A stretch of 64,000 nt of DNA from Christensenellaceae bacterium (lineage in GTDB: Bacteria > Bacillota > Clostridia > Christensenellales > Borkfalkiaceae): positions 24,742 through 88,741 of the forward strand of contig JAZRVM010000015.1 in NCBI GenBank assembly GCA_045599205.1, read 5' to 3'. Positions 62,383 through 64,000 of the stretch are shown piece after piece. Position 1 is the first letter of the stretch, and each line of letters starts with the position of its first letter. The notes beneath the pieces are model-generated. The model was not told where the DNA came from. It searched no databases and saw only the letters and a program-made list of their open reading frames with translations. Both the position numbers and the translations under genes were made by a program.

Positions 62383-64000
62383 TTATTTTTGAAATTGCTT
62401 TACGTTGACGTACTGTTTTATTGAAAACGCAACGTTCGTCAAGTGGTCGCCGACACGTTCTAAATTAGATACGGTTTGCAAATAAACCGACCCGAGTTCA
62501 GGAGAACACTTGCCTTGTTTTAACCTTTCGATATGTTTTGCTTCGAGCTCAACACTCGCCTTATCGATACTTTCTTCCAAAATATCTACCGAAATTAAAA
62601 GTGATGCGTTTCTTTCGTTGTATGCGGTCAAAGCCTTTTCGTGAAGTTCCAAAACGTTGTTTACCATATCACGCAATTCGTTTTTGGCTTCTTCCGAAAA
62701 GTCCAAAGAATTACTGCGAAGTCTTTGGGCATATTCTAAAATGTTTTCGGCATAGTCGCCGATGCGTTCGATATCCGATACGACGTGATAATACGTCCCG
62801 ATTTTCTTTTCGTCGTTACGGCTGACGTCCCTTGTCGCTATCTTCGTAAGGTAATTCGTTATATTTTTATTCAAGAAATTAAGCACTTCTTCGTTCTCAC
62901 GAAGTTCGCTTTCTCTATCAAGCGTACTGTCTAAAAGCATACTCGACGCAATAACGATATTCTCTCTTGCGATACTTGCCATCTTGACGATTTCTTTTTT
63001 CGTTGCGTCGGTTGCGATAGGCGGTGTTTCCAAAAATCTATCGTCGATAAACGCAAGCTTAAACTTGTTTTCAACAGTCTGGCGTTCGGGAATAATCTTT
63101 TCGGCAATTTTAACGAGTTGACCGGTAAACGGCAACAATACAAGCGTCGTCAATAAGTTAAAGAAGGTGTGGAAATTCGCTATAATTCTTTCCATGGAAT
63201 TTCCGCTTATTTTCGTCATTAATTCGCCGATTTTATCCGTCCAAATCCAAATCGGAACGATACAAATAAGACAACCGCAAAGATTAAACAATAAGTGAAT
63301 AATTGCCGTGCGTTTAGCATTTGTCGAAGTGCCGATTGACGATATAATCGAAGTGATACAAGTGCCGATATTCGACCCTAAAATAATAAACACAGCCGTT
63401 CTGAAGTTGATTGCACTACCAAGAGCAATTAAAATACCCGTAATGGCGGCAGAACTTTGAATCAAAGCTGTGAATATAATACCGATTAAAACCAAAAGAA
63501 GCGGGAAAATGCTTTCGTTTTGGAAAATGTTTTTAAATAAAGGAAGAAGCGTTTTATTGCCGAGAGTGTCGGTCGTGTAAATAATTTCGTTAACCGACTT
63601 ACTCATAATTTTAAGACCGATAAAAATCATACCGATACCGAGTAAAATATACCCGAGTTTTTTGAATTTATCTTTTTTTACGGTCATGGTGATAATCATA
63701 CCGACTGCGGCAAAGAGAGCGGCAATGGCGTTCATATCAATGGCTTGTCCTTCGCCCGACAACGATAAAATTTGTGCCGTAATCGTCGTACCGATATTCG
63801 CACCCATAATTACCGAAGTTGCTTGCGCAAGTGACATAAGCCCGACGTTTACAAAACCTACGAGCATAACCGTCGTTGCGGTGGAACTGTTGATAATCGC
63901 AGTAACCGTGGCACCGACGCCTACACCTGCAAAACGGTTAGACGTCATCTTTCCGAGCATAACCTTCATTTTGTCACCGGCAATCTGCTCAAGGTTTGAG
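62383..64000 (-). CDS. Na/Pi cotransporter family protein with C-terminal PhoU-like domain, 5' end off the window
   Basis: The frame stays open upstream of the track Met (…SNLEQIAGDKMKVMLGKMTSNRFAGVGVGATVTAIINSS) up to position 64000, so the true start is beyond the window. Duplicated NptA-type repeats are followed by PhoU-like helices. Confidence 0.8.
   Translation of the reverse strand, partial: SNLEQIAGDKMKVMLGKMTSNRFAGVGVGATVTAIINSSTATTVMLVGFVNVGLMSLAQATSVIMGANIGTTITAQILSLSGEGQAIDMNAIAALFAAVGMIITMTVKKDKFKKLGYILLGIGMIFIGLKIMSKSVNEIIYTTDTLGNKTLLPLFKNIFQNESIFPLLLVLIGIIFTALIQSSAAITGILIALGSAINFRTAVFIILGSNIGTCITSIISSIGTSTNAKRTAIIHLLFNLCGCLICIVPIWIWTDKIGELMTKISGNSMERIIANFHTFFNLLTTLVLLPFTGQLVKIAEKIIPERQTVENKFKLAFIDDRFLETPPIATDATKKEIVKMASIARENIVIASSMLLDSTLDRESELRENEEVLNFLNKNITNYLTKIATRDVSRNDEKKIGTYYHVVSDIERIGDYAENILEYAQRLRSNSLDFSEEAKNELRDMVNNVLELHEKALTAYNERNASLLISVDILEESIDKASVELEAKHIERLKQGKCSPELGSVYLQTVSNLERVGDHLTNVAFSIKQYVNVKQFQK

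Noticed and set aside
1-64000. CRISPR arrays, IS elements or transposases, rRNA genes, tandem repeat arrays
   Set aside because: I saw no regularly spaced direct repeats, no terminal inverted repeats around a transposase-like ORF, and no rRNA-like conserved blocks while reading through. A computational repeat scan would be more sensitive than my reading.

Overview
This is a core chromosomal segment of a low-GC Firmicute (Bacillota, Clostridia-like gene order). About 65 genes are present and all but three are on the minus strand. Housekeeping blocks I recognise, in ascending coordinates (each operon is transcribed right to left):
- an M20 peptidase with two uncharacterised membrane proteins
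- an XRE-cupin regulator with potABCD
- mtaB-prmA-dnaJ-dnaK-grpE-hrcA, with a CIRCE operator
- rpsU; proA; malQ; purA; efp with an Xaa-Pro peptidase
- ribF-truB-nrnA-rbfA-infB-ylxQ-ylxR-nusA-rimP
- ispG
- smpB-ssrA (tmRNA), secG, and gpmI-tpiA-pgk

I added three genes that are absent from the ORF track: tRNA-Arg(CCU) at 15522-15596, tmRNA at 56382-56734, and rpsU at 16651-16830.

The main finding is an 8.2 kb phage-derived block at about 44934-53112. It encodes a large terminase, a portal, a scaffold, a major capsid protein and three neck/plug-like proteins. It has no integrase, regulators, replication genes, tail or lysis genes, and no att repeats. It sits between ispG and ppiB with its own promoter and terminator. 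I interpret it as a candidate domesticated, GTA-like or satellite-like capsid system. That interpretation is inference.

Other points worth a second look:
- a 508-aa protein with PolC-like N-terminal, OB and exonuclease domains but no polymerase, sitting in the canonical polC slot
- a solitary EndoA/MazF toxin gene with no antitoxin gene beside it
- a decayed xanthine-dehydrogenase-family pseudogene next to a singleton tRNA whose 3' end is repeated 146 bp away
- unusual PotD and PotA architectures

I saw no CRISPR array, IS element, transposase or rRNA. All family assignments come from reading the translations and from motif memory. No database search was run.
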